From Cupriavidus necator (GTDB lineage: Bacteria; Pseudomonadota; Gammaproteobacteria; Burkholderiales; Burkholderiaceae): a stretch of DNA of 32,000 bases. Position numbers and translations under genes: made by a program. The first letter of the stretch is position 1. Each line of letters opens with the position of its first letter. The notes beneath the pieces are model-generated. The model had not been told where the DNA came from, searched no databases, and was given only the letters and a program-made list of their open reading frames with translations. Below, piece after piece: positions 22,768 through 31,554 of the stretch. The stretch covers positions 270,001 to 302,000 of the forward strand of contig NZ_CP066020.1 of assembly GCF_016127575.1 (NCBI RefSeq), in the 5' to 3' direction.

Positions 22768-23295
22768 TCACATCCTGCTGTCATGCAGCGCGCCGCCGCT
22801 GAGATCTACCATCTCTGGCTTCACCTCGGCAAAGCGCATCACTTGGCCGCCGAACGACGTGGCGAACTTGCGGGCCGCGGCCTCCTGGCGGAAGCTGGCG
22901 ATCGTCGGCCCCATCGAGCCCCGCCGCCTGCTGCCGAGCACGTAAGTCCCGGTGCGGGCATCGAACCAGTATCCACGCGGCCGGTCCCAGTCGGCCAGCT
23001 CCATGTCCTGCACGAATACGCCCAGCACGGTGCGCACCTGCTCGGGCTTGAGCAGGGTGCTAAACATCTCGGCCGTGTCGCAATACCAGGTGGGCCGGCT
23101 TTCGCCGGCAAAATGGATCTGGGCCTTGGGGCCGGGATAGTCCGCCAGCAGCATGCCGTCCAGGTCGCAGGTGCTGGCGACGTTGAATTCCGCGGGAACA
23201 ACGGTTTGCCCGGTCTTTTGTCCGCAGGCGGACAGCGCTGCTTGCGCGCCCAGCGCACAGGTGGCCAGCAGCAGCTGGCGACGATTGACTCTCAT
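22768..23295 (-). CDS. nosL: NosL copper-chaperone lipoprotein (175 aa)
   Basis: The start is placed at ATG 23295, which overlaps the nosY stop (ATGA). It has the lipobox LSAC and the NosL-like motifs CDLDGMLL, YPGPKAQI and WYCDTAEMF. Confidence 0.88.
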   Translation of the reverse strand: MRVNRRQLLLATCALGAQAALSACGQKTGQTVVPAEFNVASTCDLDGMLLADYPGPKAQIHFAGESRPTWYCDTAEMFSTLLKPEQVRTVLGVFVQDMELADWDRPRGYWFDARTGTYVLGSRRRGSMGPTIASFRQEAAARKFATSFGGQVMRFAEVKPEMVDLSGGALHDSRM

Positions 23296-24116
23296 TGGCG
23301 GAACCTCCAGGTAGCAAGTGCCAGCGGCATAACGATCCAGGCCAGCATCGCGCCGCCCATCAGCCAGGGGCTTGCCAGCGCAGGGGGCACGATGGCGGCG
23401 AGCCCGTAAAGGCTGCGCACCTGGTCGAGGGAAAAGACGTTGAGGATGCGAAAGACATCGGCGGGATTGAGCAGCAGCGCGTACGCCAGCGCTGCGCCGC
23501 CGAACTCGCCGCCGCCGGCGACCAGCAGCCCGAGCAACAACAGGTCGAACACCAGCACGTAGCCGAACCACAGCGCGATCGCCAGCCCCGAGGCGCGCGT
23601 GCGCTCGCGCCCCGTCACGGAAACCAGCAGGGCCAGGCTCAGGAACGCCAGCCCCAGCAGCACCGAGCTGAACATGAAGCCCAGGTACTGGCTCAGTCCG
23701 GCCCAGCCGAACTGGCGCAGCAGCAGCACCGCCACCAGCGCGAAGCCGGCCAGCGTGGACAACGCCAGCGCCGCGGCCAGGCCGAGGTATTTGCCCAGCA
23801 GCAGCTCCAGCCGCGTCAGGGGCATCGCCAGCAGCAGGTCCAGCGAGCCGCGCTCGCGCTCGCCGACGATGGCATCGAAGCCCAGCAGCAGCGCAATCAG
23901 CGGGATCAGGTAGGTCACCAGGCTCACCAGGCTGGCGATCACGTACTCCACCGACCGTGGGCCGAGCTGGCCCTGCTGGGCGCCGCCGAAATAGGTGATG
24001 ACCAGCGAGAACACCGCGAACACCAGCGCCACCGCCAGCACCCAGCGATTACGCATGCGGTCGCGGAACTCCTTGGCGGCCAGCGTGGCGATCTGTCCCC
24101 ATTCTATGTCGGCCAT
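23292..24116 (-). CDS. nosY: NosY ABC-type permease (274 aa)
   Basis: Six-TM ABC-2-type permease immediately downstream of nosF, with a 2-nt gap. Confidence 0.88.
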   Translation of the reverse strand: MADIEWGQIATLAAKEFRDRMRNRWVLAVALVFAVFSLVITYFGGAQQGQLGPRSVEYVIASLVSLVTYLIPLIALLLGFDAIVGERERGSLDLLLAMPLTRLELLLGKYLGLAAALALSTLAGFALVAVLLLRQFGWAGLSQYLGFMFSSVLLGLAFLSLALLVSVTGRERTRASGLAIALWFGYVLVFDLLLLGLLVAGGGEFGGAALAYALLLNPADVFRILNVFSLDQVRSLYGLAAIVPPALASPWLMGGAMLAWIVMPLALATWRFRQ

Positions 24117-24118
24117 GC

Positions 24119-25042
24119 TTATCCCCCCAGTCCAAAGAACAGGTCTTCCAGCGAAGGCTCGCGGATCTGCAAGTCCTGCACGTCGCCCGCCAGCAGCGAC
24201 AGCACGGTCATCTTGGCCGTGCGCGGACAGCGCAGCTCGATCTCGGCACCCGTGGCTTGCCAGCCGAGCACCGGCACCGCGGCGAGGCGTTCGCGCAGCG
24301 CCGGCTGCATGTCCGGCTCGACCCGCAAGGCCAGCGTCAGCGGCATGTCGTTCTGCTCGCGCAGCTGCGCCACGCTGCCCAGCGCCCGCACCCGCCCGTT
24401 GGCCATGATGGCCAGCCGGTCCACGCGCTCCTGCAGCTCGGCCAGGATGTGCGAGGTCATGACGATGGTGACGCCCTGCTCCCGCAGCGCACGCAGCATG
24501 GCGTAGAAATCACGGATCGCGGCGGGATCGAGGCCGTTGCTGGGTTCGTCCAGGAACAGCACGCGCGGCGAACCCAGCAGGGCCTGGGCGAAGCCCAGCC
24601 GCTGGCGCATTCCCTTGGAGTACTCGCGAACCGGCCGCTTGCCGGCCGCGGCCAGCCCGACGCGCTCGAGCAGCATCTGGCAGTCCCCCGCGTCCGCGCG
24701 CTTCAGCCTGGCGAAGAAGCGCAGCGTCTCCAGCCCGCTCAGGTTGTCGTACAGGACCAGGTTTTCCGGCAGGTAGCCGATATGCCGGCGCGCGGCGCGG
24801 AACGCGCGGCTGCGCACACAGGCGCCGTCCACGGTCAGCTCGCCGCCGGTGGCCGGCACCAGGCCCAGCATCATCCGGAACAGCGTGCTCTTGCCGGCGC
24901 CGTTGTGGCCGATCAGGCCGAACATCTCGCCGCGCCGCACCTGCAGGTCGACGCCGTCGACCGCGCGCACGGCGCCATAGTGCCGGGTAACGTCGCGCAG
25001 TTCGATCGCGCAGCCGTCAGCGGCCGGGGTAATGCTTGTCAC
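24119..25042 (-). CDS. nosF: NosF ABC ATPase (307 aa)
   Basis: Walker A GHNGAGKST, signature YSKGMRQRLGFA and Walker B VLFLDEP. GTG start, overlapping the nosD end by 26 nt. Confidence 0.92.
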   Translation of the reverse strand: MTSITPAADGCAIELRDVTRHYGAVRAVDGVDLQVRRGEMFGLIGHNGAGKSTLFRMMLGLVPATGGELTVDGACVRSRAFRAARRHIGYLPENLVLYDNLSGLETLRFFARLKRADAGDCQMLLERVGLAAAGKRPVREYSKGMRQRLGFAQALLGSPRVLFLDEPSNGLDPAAIRDFYAMLRALREQGVTIVMTSHILAELQERVDRLAIMANGRVRALGSVAQLREQNDMPLTLALRVEPDMQPALRERLAAVPVLGWQATGAEIELRCPRTAKMTVLSLLAGDVQDLQIREPSLEDLFFGLGG

Positions 25043-26324
25043 GCCAGAAGCTCCAGTCTCGATGTCGGGGATTCATGCGCGGGGCCGCGTCGACGACGCT
25101 GGGCACCCGCAGCACGGGAAACTGGCGCCCGACCATGCGCAGCGCCTGCACCGCCGGGCTGTCCAGCAGCAGCGCCACACCCGGATGGCGCCAACGCAGA
25201 CGGTCCACGATGTCGTTCGCCTCGTAGGGCACGTCACCGATGCCGTCGCCGTCGCGGTCCCAGCCCAGGTAGTTGCTCCAGTGGTTCCCGCCGGGGCCGC
25301 CTGCGCGGTCGCCCCACGGCTCATCGCGTGCGCCGACATAGCGCACCTGCTCGCGGTTGCCGATGAAGTCATTGCCCTGCACCACATTGCGCGTCGACCC
25401 CGCGGACAGATGTACACCCACGCGGTTGTCCGTCACCAGGTTGCTGCGCAGCGTTGCGTACTCGACGTCGTAGATGAAGAAGCCGCGGTCGTTGCCGGCG
25501 ACCACGTTGCCTTCAATCACGGAGTCCTGCACCGTGCGCAGCATGATGCCGTGGTCAGAATTACCCCAGGTGCGGTTGTTGCGCACGACCTGGTCGCGCA
25601 CTTCCATCAGGGCCAGGCCGCCGCGGTTGTAGTAGCTGTCGTTGTCCTCCCACAGGTTGTGGTAGGAGTTCATGTAGTGGCTGCCATAGCGACTGTGGTG
25701 GAGCCGGTTGCCGCGGAAGGTCGCATGGTGCGAGACGTCCACGTAGAGCGCGTCGCGCACGAAGCCGATGTTGTTGCCGATGATGCGGGCGCCGCGCGTG
25801 TTGTAGAGCTGGATGCCATTGCCGCGCTGCGAGGAACTGTAGTCACGCTTGCCGGTGATCACATTGCCTTCAATTCGCACGTCGTCGGCCTTCTCGATCC
25901 ACAGCCCGAACAGGTTGTAGGTCAGGTCGCAGTGGCGCACGACCGCGCGGTGCGCACCCGGCCGGATGTAGAGGCCGGCGTTCTGGTCCTTCAGGCTGTC
26001 GCCGGAATCCCGCACGATCAGGCCCTCCACCAGCACATCCGGCGCGGTGATGCGCAGCGTGTCGCCGTGCATCCCGCCACTGAGTGTCGGCCTGCCGATG
26101 CCGCGCAGCGTGAGCGGCTTGTCGACGACGAAATTGCCGTCGTAGCGGCCGCGCTCGATCTCCAGCACGTCGCCGGCGTGTGCCATGGCGATGGCCTGCT
26201 GCAACGCGTCGCCCGGCTTCACGCGCCGGGTTTCCGCCAGCACATTGCGCACCAGCAGCGCCATCAACAGTGAGGCCAGCAGCAACGCGCCCAACGACGG
26301 CATCCGGCATCGTGCGTGTCTCAT
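25017..26324 (-). CDS. nosD: NosD periplasmic beta-helix (CASH/parallel beta-helix repeat) protein (435 aa)
   Basis: Only the last 435 codons of the 949-codon open frame look protein-like. They comprise a signal peptide MRHARCRMPSLGALLLASLLMALL and repeated N/G-rich beta-helix turns (GNVITG, GNNIGF, GNRLHH, NNRTWGN, GNVVAGN, GNDFIGN). ATG 26324 overlaps the nosR stop (ATGA). Confidence 0.9.
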   Translation of the reverse strand: MRHARCRMPSLGALLLASLLMALLVRNVLAETRRVKPGDALQQAIAMAHAGDVLEIERGRYDGNFVVDKPLTLRGIGRPTLSGGMHGDTLRITAPDVLVEGLIVRDSGDSLKDQNAGLYIRPGAHRAVVRHCDLTYNLFGLWIEKADDVRIEGNVITGKRDYSSSQRGNGIQLYNTRGARIIGNNIGFVRDALYVDVSHHATFRGNRLHHSRYGSHYMNSYHNLWEDNDSYYNRGGLALMEVRDQVVRNNRTWGNSDHGIMLRTVQDSVIEGNVVAGNDRGFFIYDVEYATLRSNLVTDNRVGVHLSAGSTRNVVQGNDFIGNREQVRYVGARDEPWGDRAGGPGGNHWSNYLGWDRDGDGIGDVPYEANDIVDRLRWRHPGVALLLDSPAVQALRMVGRQFPVLRVPSVVDAAPRMNPRHRDWSFWRDKHYPGR

Positions 26325-28942
26325 GGCAGCAGCAGCCCCATGGCCTTCAGCGTCAGGAACAGCGCCGCGCCGATCAGCAGGTTCTTGAAGCCGACGTAGC
26401 TGACCATGTCCATCCAGCCCGCGCGCCGGTAGCGGTTGCGCCACCACGGGCCGTCCTGGACGTAGCGGCGGCCCGCCATGCGGATCAGGACCTCGTACGT
26501 GCTCCACCCGAACCACCAGGCGATCACGGCCACGGACGACAGCTGCCCGAGTGCGGCCAGCCCCCAGGCCGCCGTGGCGGCCAGCGCCACCGACATGCCG
26601 GCCAGCAGCAGCGCACGCTGCGAGCGCCAGCCCGCCATGCTCCACGGCCAGAGGTGATCGCACAGCTCCAGCCAAAGCCGCTTCAGGCCGACGGCCTTGG
26701 CCATGTGCAACGGCGCGACCGGATCGGTCGGCATGCGCGGATCCGGTCCGTTGGCGACTTTGGCTGGCATTGGCGCCACCGGTTGGATCGGGATGAAATA
26801 GCCGTCGCGGCCAATCGGCGTAAGCGCGAGCCCATCGCGCTCGCGCCGCTTGCGTTCCCTGGCCAGCGGCGGGCAGCCGCCGGCGTCGGTATAGAGCACC
26901 ATGCAATCCAGGCAGTGCAGGCATTCGCGATGGTCGATGCGACCGTTCGCGTCGATTGCCTGCGAGCCGCAGCCGACGGCGCAGGCCTTGCAGCTGTTGC
27001 AGTCCTGCTTGCGCCGCAGCCCAAACCAGCGGAAGGTGCTGGGCATCGCCAGCGCAGCACCGAGCGGGCAGATGTATTTGCAGTAGGGCCGCTCGACGAA
27101 TAGCGACAGGCCCAGCAGCGTGCACACGAACAGGCCGTACGGCCAGGCGCGGTGCGTGATGCCGACCAGGAACGTGGTCTTGAAAGGCTCGACCTCGGCG
27201 AGCTTCTCGGCCAGCCCCATCGAGAACATCGACACCGCCAGCAGCCCGAAGAAGATGACGTACTTCAACCATTTCAGGCGGTCGTGCCAGGCCCGCGGCA
27301 GATGCCGCTGCCAGCGCCGCAGACCGATCATGCCGCCGAACTTGTGGATGGCTTCGGACAATGACCCGAACGGGCACAGCCAGCCGCAGAACAGCCCGCG
27401 CCCGAACACGAATACCGTCAGGATGATGAAGATCCAGAACAGGAAGATGAACGGATCGGACAGGAACAGCGACCACGTCCACTGGAACAGCAGCGCGTGG
27501 AACCACGTCAGCACCTGCGTGACCGACGGCTGTGCCATCGCGCCGAAGCCCACGAAGCCGATGCTCAGTGCCCAGGCGCTGTACTTGAAGGCGTTGACGG
27601 GCCACTTGTTCCGAAGCGTCGCCCGGCGCGTCAGCCGCTCGCGGAATGCATAAACGACGGTCACGACCACCAGCAGCGCGGCGAACAGGGCAATCCCGGC
27701 CGCGCGCGACTTCCACACCCGCACCCAGGGCGCGGCGGGGTCGTCGATCTCCGGCCGGCCACCCTCCAGCAACTCGCCCGGCAACCAGTAGGCCGCATCG
27801 AAGCTGGTAAAGCTGCGCGCCCCCGTGGCGCGGTCGACGCGGTTGCCGAGCAGCGACAGCTTCCACGGATACGCCGACGAGAATGCTTTCGAGCGGATCA
27901 CGAAGATGGCCGATTCGTTGTACGCCGGCGCGCCCTCGGCGGCCAGGCCGTACAGGTTCAGGTAGTCGAGGTCGCGGAAGGTAAAGGAGTCGGCCCCCTG
28001 CTTCACCTGCACACGATCATAGATCCCGCCGCGCACGAAGCCCGAGCCCTTGAACGACTCCGAGCCGGCGGTGCGGATGATGAAGATCGCATGCTCGTCC
28101 GGCTTGAGCTGCGTGCGCAGGTTGGCGTAGCCCTGCTCGCCGAGCAGGCTGCGGCCCACGTCGGGATGGTCCAGGTTGCCGAACCAGAGCTCGATGAAGG
28201 GATCGTCCGAACGTGCCAGCCCCACCTGCTCGGGCATGACGCGCAGCCGCTGGACCGCCCCTTGCGCCGCCAGCTGAGTCCAGCTCGCGTGCGGGTTGCC
28301 CGGCGCGAAGCGGGCCGGCTCGCGCCGCGTGGGCGCGAGGATGCCGACCTGGCGGGCCACTGCGGCGCCGGCGGTCGTCAATACCTGGTTCTGTGCCATC
28401 ACGGTGACCGTGGCGCCAGAGATGGCATCGACGCCCAGCACGCCCTCGTCGGGCCTGGACGCCCCGATCTCGATCTTGTCGGCGACGGACTTGCCCAGGT
28501 ACTGCTGGTTGAACTTCAACAGTGCAGATTCCGGAATGCCGAGCAGCAGGATCGGCTCCGAATGCTTGAGCACTTTTACGCCGACGAATCGCCCATTCGT
28601 GTCCATGCCGATCAGCGTCACCACCGGCTTGCCGGAATAGGCGGGCGTGTCGGTAATGTCGGTGGACAGCATCACGTAGCCAAGCTTTGGCTTCTTGCCG
28701 TCGGCACCGGCGCGGCCGTAGGCCTCGACGTAGGGAGGCTGCCCGATGCGCTCGGAAAAGCTCTCTGCGCCTGGAAAGACTTCCTGGCATGGCACCAGTG
28801 CGCAAAGGTTGCGGGCGGTGCGCAGGTCCGGCGGCAATGCCGCCTCGTAGGCACTGCCCGCATGGACCGGGCGCGGGCCGGCCATGAGCAGCAGGAAAAG
28901 GGCGGCCACGATGGCCGCACCAAAATGCTTCAGGGGCTGCAT
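26321..28942 (-). CDS. nosR: NosR membrane flavo-FeS protein with an extra C-terminal membrane extension (873 aa)
   Basis: The start is placed at ATG 28942 (signal/TM MQPLKHFGAAIVAALFLLLMAG). It has a periplasmic FMN-bind domain with ISGATVT, CGWLCPFG and CKYICPLG motifs, and two ferredoxin-type motifs CNSCKACAVGC and CLHCLDC...CP. About 180 further residues follow, with 3 hydrophobic helices. Confidence 0.9.
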   Translation of the reverse strand: MQPLKHFGAAIVAALFLLLMAGPRPVHAGSAYEAALPPDLRTARNLCALVPCQEVFPGAESFSERIGQPPYVEAYGRAGADGKKPKLGYVMLSTDITDTPAYSGKPVVTLIGMDTNGRFVGVKVLKHSEPILLLGIPESALLKFNQQYLGKSVADKIEIGASRPDEGVLGVDAISGATVTVMAQNQVLTTAGAAVARQVGILAPTRREPARFAPGNPHASWTQLAAQGAVQRLRVMPEQVGLARSDDPFIELWFGNLDHPDVGRSLLGEQGYANLRTQLKPDEHAIFIIRTAGSESFKGSGFVRGGIYDRVQVKQGADSFTFRDLDYLNLYGLAAEGAPAYNESAIFVIRSKAFSSAYPWKLSLLGNRVDRATGARSFTSFDAAYWLPGELLEGGRPEIDDPAAPWVRVWKSRAAGIALFAALLVVVTVVYAFRERLTRRATLRNKWPVNAFKYSAWALSIGFVGFGAMAQPSVTQVLTWFHALLFQWTWSLFLSDPFIFLFWIFIILTVFVFGRGLFCGWLCPFGSLSEAIHKFGGMIGLRRWQRHLPRAWHDRLKWLKYVIFFGLLAVSMFSMGLAEKLAEVEPFKTTFLVGITHRAWPYGLFVCTLLGLSLFVERPYCKYICPLGAALAMPSTFRWFGLRRKQDCNSCKACAVGCGSQAIDANGRIDHRECLHCLDCMVLYTDAGGCPPLARERKRRERDGLALTPIGRDGYFIPIQPVAPMPAKVANGPDPRMPTDPVAPLHMAKAVGLKRLWLELCDHLWPWSMAGWRSQRALLLAGMSVALAATAAWGLAALGQLSSVAVIAWWFGWSTYEVLIRMAGRRYVQDGPWWRNRYRRAGWMDMVSYVGFKNLLIGAALFLTLKAMGLLLP

Positions 28943-29003
28943 GTCGTTCTCGTCTGTCCCGCGCGGCCACGAGGGGAAACCATGGCCGCGCGGCTGCTCG
29001 GGC

Positions 29004-30935
29004 TCAGGCCTCCACAATCATGCGGGTGCGCATTTCCAGGTGGAGTGCGTGGCAGAAGTGGGTGCAGTAGCACCAGAACACGCCCGGCTTGTCGGCAACG
29101 AAGGTGACCGATGCCGTCTCCTGCGGGTTGACGATGAAGTTGACGTTGTACTTCGGGATCGCGAAGCCGTGGGTCAGGTCCTCGATCTTGTCGAGATTGG
29201 TCAGGATCAGCGTGACCTCGTCACCCTTCTTCAGCTTGAACTCGCGCAGGCTGAAGGCCGGCGCCTGCGACGTGATCTTCACGGTGACCTTGCGGCCATT
29301 GCGGAACACGCCCGACTCCTTCGGGTCCTTGATCGCCAGCGGGAAGTCGTCCAGCGCGTAGACCTGCTTCGGCCGCACCAGCTCGCGTTTAAAGATGATG
29401 AAGTCATGCGGCTCGCCACGCACCGGGTGGTCCGCCATCAGCACCATCTTCTGGCCGGAGATGTCGATCAGCTGCTCGTTCTCCGGATGCAGCGGTCCGA
29501 CCGGCAGGAAACGGTCCTTCGAGAACTTGCAGCCGACCGCCAGGTACTTGCCGTCGGCCGCAACCGTCTCGGACTGCGAGGCGTTGACGTGGCCGGGCTG
29601 GTACTGCAGGTCCAGCCGATCGACCACGTACTTGGCGTTCTTGTCACCCTTGTGGAACTTGATCGCCGCATCGAGATTCCATTTCACGAGCTGGCTGTCG
29701 AGGAACAGCGTGGTGTAGGCATTGCCGCGGCCATCGAAGGCCGTGTGCAGCGGCCCGAGACCCAGCTCCACCTCGGCGACGATGGCATCGTCGAGCTTCT
29801 CCTGCTTGCCGTCGAACCAGCCAAGCACGCGCGACAGCTCGATCACCGTGGCCGTGGGCGAGAGCTTGCCCGCGCAGATGAAGTACTTCTGGTCGGGACT
29901 GGCGTTGACCCCGTGCGGGTTCTTCGGCACCGATACGTAGGCCGTCAGCGCGGTCTTCGGGTCCTTGTTGGCCGCTTGCGTGCCGTCGACCACCGGCACC
30001 TTCGAATCGCCGTAGGTCTTGAACTTGCCCGCCTGCACCGCCGCCTCGATACGAGCGATGTTGAAGAATACGCAGGCATCGCGCTCGGCGGACATCATGT
30101 CCTCGAAGTGCGCGCCGTTTTCCGTGTTGTACTGGTTGGTCGCCGCCAGCTTGCCGTCATAGGAGGTGGCCACCAGGTCGCAGTTGCCGTCGATCAGCAC
30201 CTGCCAGCGCACCGCCATCGTCTCGGCGTCCACGCAGGTGAACAGGCTGCGGTACTTGCCGGCATCCTCGGTCGGCGCACTGGGCAGCGGAATGCCAAAC
30301 TCGCCGCCGCAGAACACGCGTGTGGTGTAGTTGATCTTCGTGTCGACCGGATCCCGCTTGTCCGGGAAGATGCCGTGGAAGCCCTGCACATTGGGCAACT
30401 CGGTGATCTTGTCGCAGATGAAGTAGTCGAGGCGGATGCGCGCGATGCGGGAATTGATCTTGTCGTTGACCCAGGCATAGCGGCCGTCGTAGTTGCCGTC
30501 CTTGTACGAAGCATGGGTATGGTGGGTATCGGCCACCGTGTAGCGCAGCGTGCCGTCCGGCCGGGCGCCCATCACCTTCTTCGATTCATTGGTAATGCCC
30601 CAGCCGACCAGCGCATCGGGCACGAAGCACGGGATGCGCAGGATCTCGCGCCCCGACGGCAGCCCCAGCACGCGCATGTCGCCGGTATGCCCGCCGCTCC
30701 AGAGGCCATAGTACGTATCCAGTTCCCCGGGCTTGAGGTGCACGGACGCGCCTGCGCCGTGCGCGGCCCCGTGTGCCCCGCTTGCCGGTGCGCCAACGGC
30801 CGCCGCCGCGGGCGCGGCGCCCTTGTCTGTGCAGGCGACCACCCCCGCTAGGCCGGCCAGCGCTGCCGTGCCGAGAAACTGGCGGCGACCGATACCGCCT
30901 GGACCGTTGCCGATCGATGCCTTCTCTTTGCTCAT
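29004..30935 (-). CDS. nosZ: Nitrous-oxide reductase, clade I, Tat-dependent (643 aa)
   Basis: GAGGG-N7-ATG. Twin-arginine signal GRRQFLGTAALAG, GELDTYYGLWSGGH, seven-bladed propeller His ligands, and the C-terminal CuA motif HGF...CYCTHFCHALHLEM. Confidence 0.97.
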   Translation of the reverse strand: MSKEKASIGNGPGGIGRRQFLGTAALAGLAGVVACTDKGAAPAAAAVGAPASGAHGAAHGAGASVHLKPGELDTYYGLWSGGHTGDMRVLGLPSGREILRIPCFVPDALVGWGITNESKKVMGARPDGTLRYTVADTHHTHASYKDGNYDGRYAWVNDKINSRIARIRLDYFICDKITELPNVQGFHGIFPDKRDPVDTKINYTTRVFCGGEFGIPLPSAPTEDAGKYRSLFTCVDAETMAVRWQVLIDGNCDLVATSYDGKLAATNQYNTENGAHFEDMMSAERDACVFFNIARIEAAVQAGKFKTYGDSKVPVVDGTQAANKDPKTALTAYVSVPKNPHGVNASPDQKYFICAGKLSPTATVIELSRVLGWFDGKQEKLDDAIVAEVELGLGPLHTAFDGRGNAYTTLFLDSQLVKWNLDAAIKFHKGDKNAKYVVDRLDLQYQPGHVNASQSETVAADGKYLAVGCKFSKDRFLPVGPLHPENEQLIDISGQKMVLMADHPVRGEPHDFIIFKRELVRPKQVYALDDFPLAIKDPKESGVFRNGRKVTVKITSQAPAFSLREFKLKKGDEVTLILTNLDKIEDLTHGFAIPKYNVNFIVNPQETASVTFVADKPGVFWCYCTHFCHALHLEMRTRMIVEA

Positions 30936-31029
30936 GGAGAACCCTCGAAGAGATATGTGCCGGAATCACCGGCTGTTTTGCAGATGTTTGTGAACAGGCG
31001 AATCTTCGAAGTTCCGGACCAGTCTGAAC

Positions 31030-31043
31030 TTGACTCGAATCAA
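31030..31043. promoter_or_regulatory. FNR/DNR-type box TTGAC-TCGA-ATCAA in the divergent nosZ / cytochrome c intergenic region
   Basis: 9/10 match to TTGAT-N4-ATCAA. It is centred 101 nt from the nosZ ATG and 110 nt from the cytochrome c ATG. Confidence 0.6.
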
Positions 31044-31146
31044 AAGGCAACAAAACAAGTAGAAAAATGCATGAATAAGGCCGGCACCGTGCAACCACTG
31101 CACGCCTCTGCTTCTTAGAATGGATGCCACACAAACGGAGCATCTG

Positions 31147-31545
31147 ATGAGCAAGAGGAAGATCGTGGTATTGGGCATGGGCATCATCGTTCAGGCACTG
31201 GTCGCCTGCGGCAAGCAGACACCGGCCGAGCCCGCGGCGGCGGCCCCCGCACCAGAGCCGGCAGCAGCAGTGGCCGCCGCCGCGCCCGTGAACGAGCTGG
31301 GCAAGTCGGTGTATGGCAAGACCTGCGCGATGTGCCATGCGGCCGGCGTGGCCGGCGCACCCAAGCCGGGCAACAAGGACGACTGGGGCCCGCGCATCGC
31401 GCAGGGCAACGACACGCTCTACAAGCACGCGCTCGAAGGCTTCACCGGCAGCAAGGGCATGATGCCGGCGCGCGGCGGCAGTACCTCGCTGCAGGACGGC
31501 GACGTCAAGGCCGCCGTCGACTTCATGGTGGCGCAATCGCACTGA
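31147..31545 (+). CDS. nosC: Lipoprotein c-type cytochrome (cytochrome c5-like; probable electron donor of the nos system)
   Basis: GGAG-N6-ATG at 31147. Lipobox ALVAC, an Ala/Pro-rich linker, the heme motif CAMCH, and the distal GMMPARGG. The gene symbol is from my recollection of Cupriavidus nos loci and is tentative. Confidence 0.85.
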   Translation: MSKRKIVVLGMGIIVQALVACGKQTPAEPAAAAPAPEPAAAVAAAAPVNELGKSVYGKTCAMCHAAGVAGAPKPGNKDDWGPRIAQGNDTLYKHALEGFTGSKGMMPARGGSTSLQDGDVKAAVDFMVAQSH

Positions 31546-31554
31546 CGCATCGAC

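Noticed and set aside
23295-25366. Plus-strand ORFs of 403 aa and 369 aa antisense to nosY, nosF and nosD.
   Set aside because: The translations are Q/R/H/A-rich and repetitive. They are shadow frames of the nos ABC genes.
25017-27866. A 949-codon open frame on the minus strand, spanning nosD and half of nosR.
   Set aside because: Only the last 435 codons (from ATG 26324) look like a protein (NosD). The upstream part is Arg/Ala/Gly/Pro-rich low-complexity sequence that overlaps the well-supported nosR frame. This is a typical high-GC shadow frame.
27497-30851. Two long plus-strand ORFs (27497-29107, 536 aa; 28884-30851, 655 aa) antisense to nosR and nosZ.
   Set aside because: The translations are low-complexity and Arg/Gly/Val/His-rich, with no start context. 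They fully overlap nosR and nosZ, which have unmistakable signatures.
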